From Paraphysomonas bandaiensis (Eukaryota; Protista; Chrysophyceae), in assembly GCA_965644295.1 (NCBI GenBank), contig CBFFRP010000548.1:1-8417 (forward strand): a DNA stretch of 8,417 bases. The letters run 5' to 3'. Position numbers and translations under genes: made by a program. Shown in pieces: positions 8,416 to 8,417 of this stretch. The notes under the pieces were generated by a model, which saw only the letters and a program-made list of their open reading frames with translations, was not told the origin of the DNA and did not search any database. Position 1 is the first letter of the stretch. Each line of letters begins with the position of its first letter.

Positions 8416-8417
8416 TC

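Larger units (their letters stand above)
1..8417. repeat. Coding tandem repeat (minisatellite/VNTR-like): 39-bp subunit, about 216 copies, organised as 117-bp and 78-bp higher-order repeats
   Basis: Directly visible. The consensus 117-mer is atgaccggtggtttgaaggttactggtggttcatccgta + ttagatgctggattgacagtaactggcggttctagtgtt + ttcactgatggtttcactgtaactggtggttctactgta. Every subunit carries the core gtWactggYggYtc. Hand count: 79 M-headed, 80 LD-headed and 57 FT-headed subunits. The array runs off both window edges. Confidence 0.99.
3..8417 (-). other. Full-length antisense open reading frame (2805 codons, Pro/Thr/Val-rich repeat EPPVTVKPSVKTLEPPVTVNPASNTDEPPVTFKPPVITV); alternative or shadow ORF
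   Basis: No tta/cta/tca triplet occurs on the + strand in the register starting at position 3, in the consensus or in any variant I found, so this minus frame has no stop. The other two minus frames are closed. The openness is seen directly; whether the frame is expressed is unknown, and the confidence refers to it being a real gene. Confidence 0.25.

Noticed and set aside
1-8417. CRISPR array (constant 14-bp core gtWactggYggYtc alternating with 25-bp variable segments)
   Set aside because: The variable segments are only three or four recurring, mutually related sequences rather than unique spacers. The core is too short, and variation follows codon structure.
1-8417. Non-coding satellite or telomeric DNA
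   Set aside because: Unit lengths are all multiples of 3, there are no frameshifting indels or stops in 8.4 kb, and point variants concentrate at third codon positions. This is not formally excluded without expression data.
1-8417. Rolling-circle or concatemer sequencing artefact, or collapsed assembly loop
   Set aside because: Unit order is aperiodic, with position-specific, linked, mostly synonymous variants, which random read error or a simple circle would not give. Exact copy number still needs spanning reads.

Overview
The whole 8417-bp window is one uninterrupted, indel-free tandem array of about 216 39-bp subunits. The last ATG-headed unit starts at 8347 = 1+214x39. In frame +1 it is an open reading frame of 2805 codons with no stop, probably an internal slice of a much larger gene. 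It encodes 13-aa repeats of three main types: A=MTGGLKVTGGSSV, B=LDAGLTVTGGSSV, C=FTDGFTVTGGSTV. These form 117-bp ABC blocks (55 by my count), 78-bp two-unit blocks (22 plus a truncated last one) and one 5-unit block. The repeat pattern suggests a very long beta-solenoid or fibre protein, but no family or gene name can be assigned from the sequence. A second stop-free frame runs the full length of the minus strand (3-8417, sharing wobble positions) and encodes a Pro/Thr/Val-rich repeat, EPPVTVKPSVKTL-EPPVTVNPASNTD-EPPVTFKPPVITV. Substitution patterns favour the plus strand as the selected protein. The array shows nested periodicity, a strict unit-order grammar and a left-to-right gradient of variants. 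I see no RNA genes, mobile elements, CRISPR arrays or regulatory sites. All counts were made by hand.
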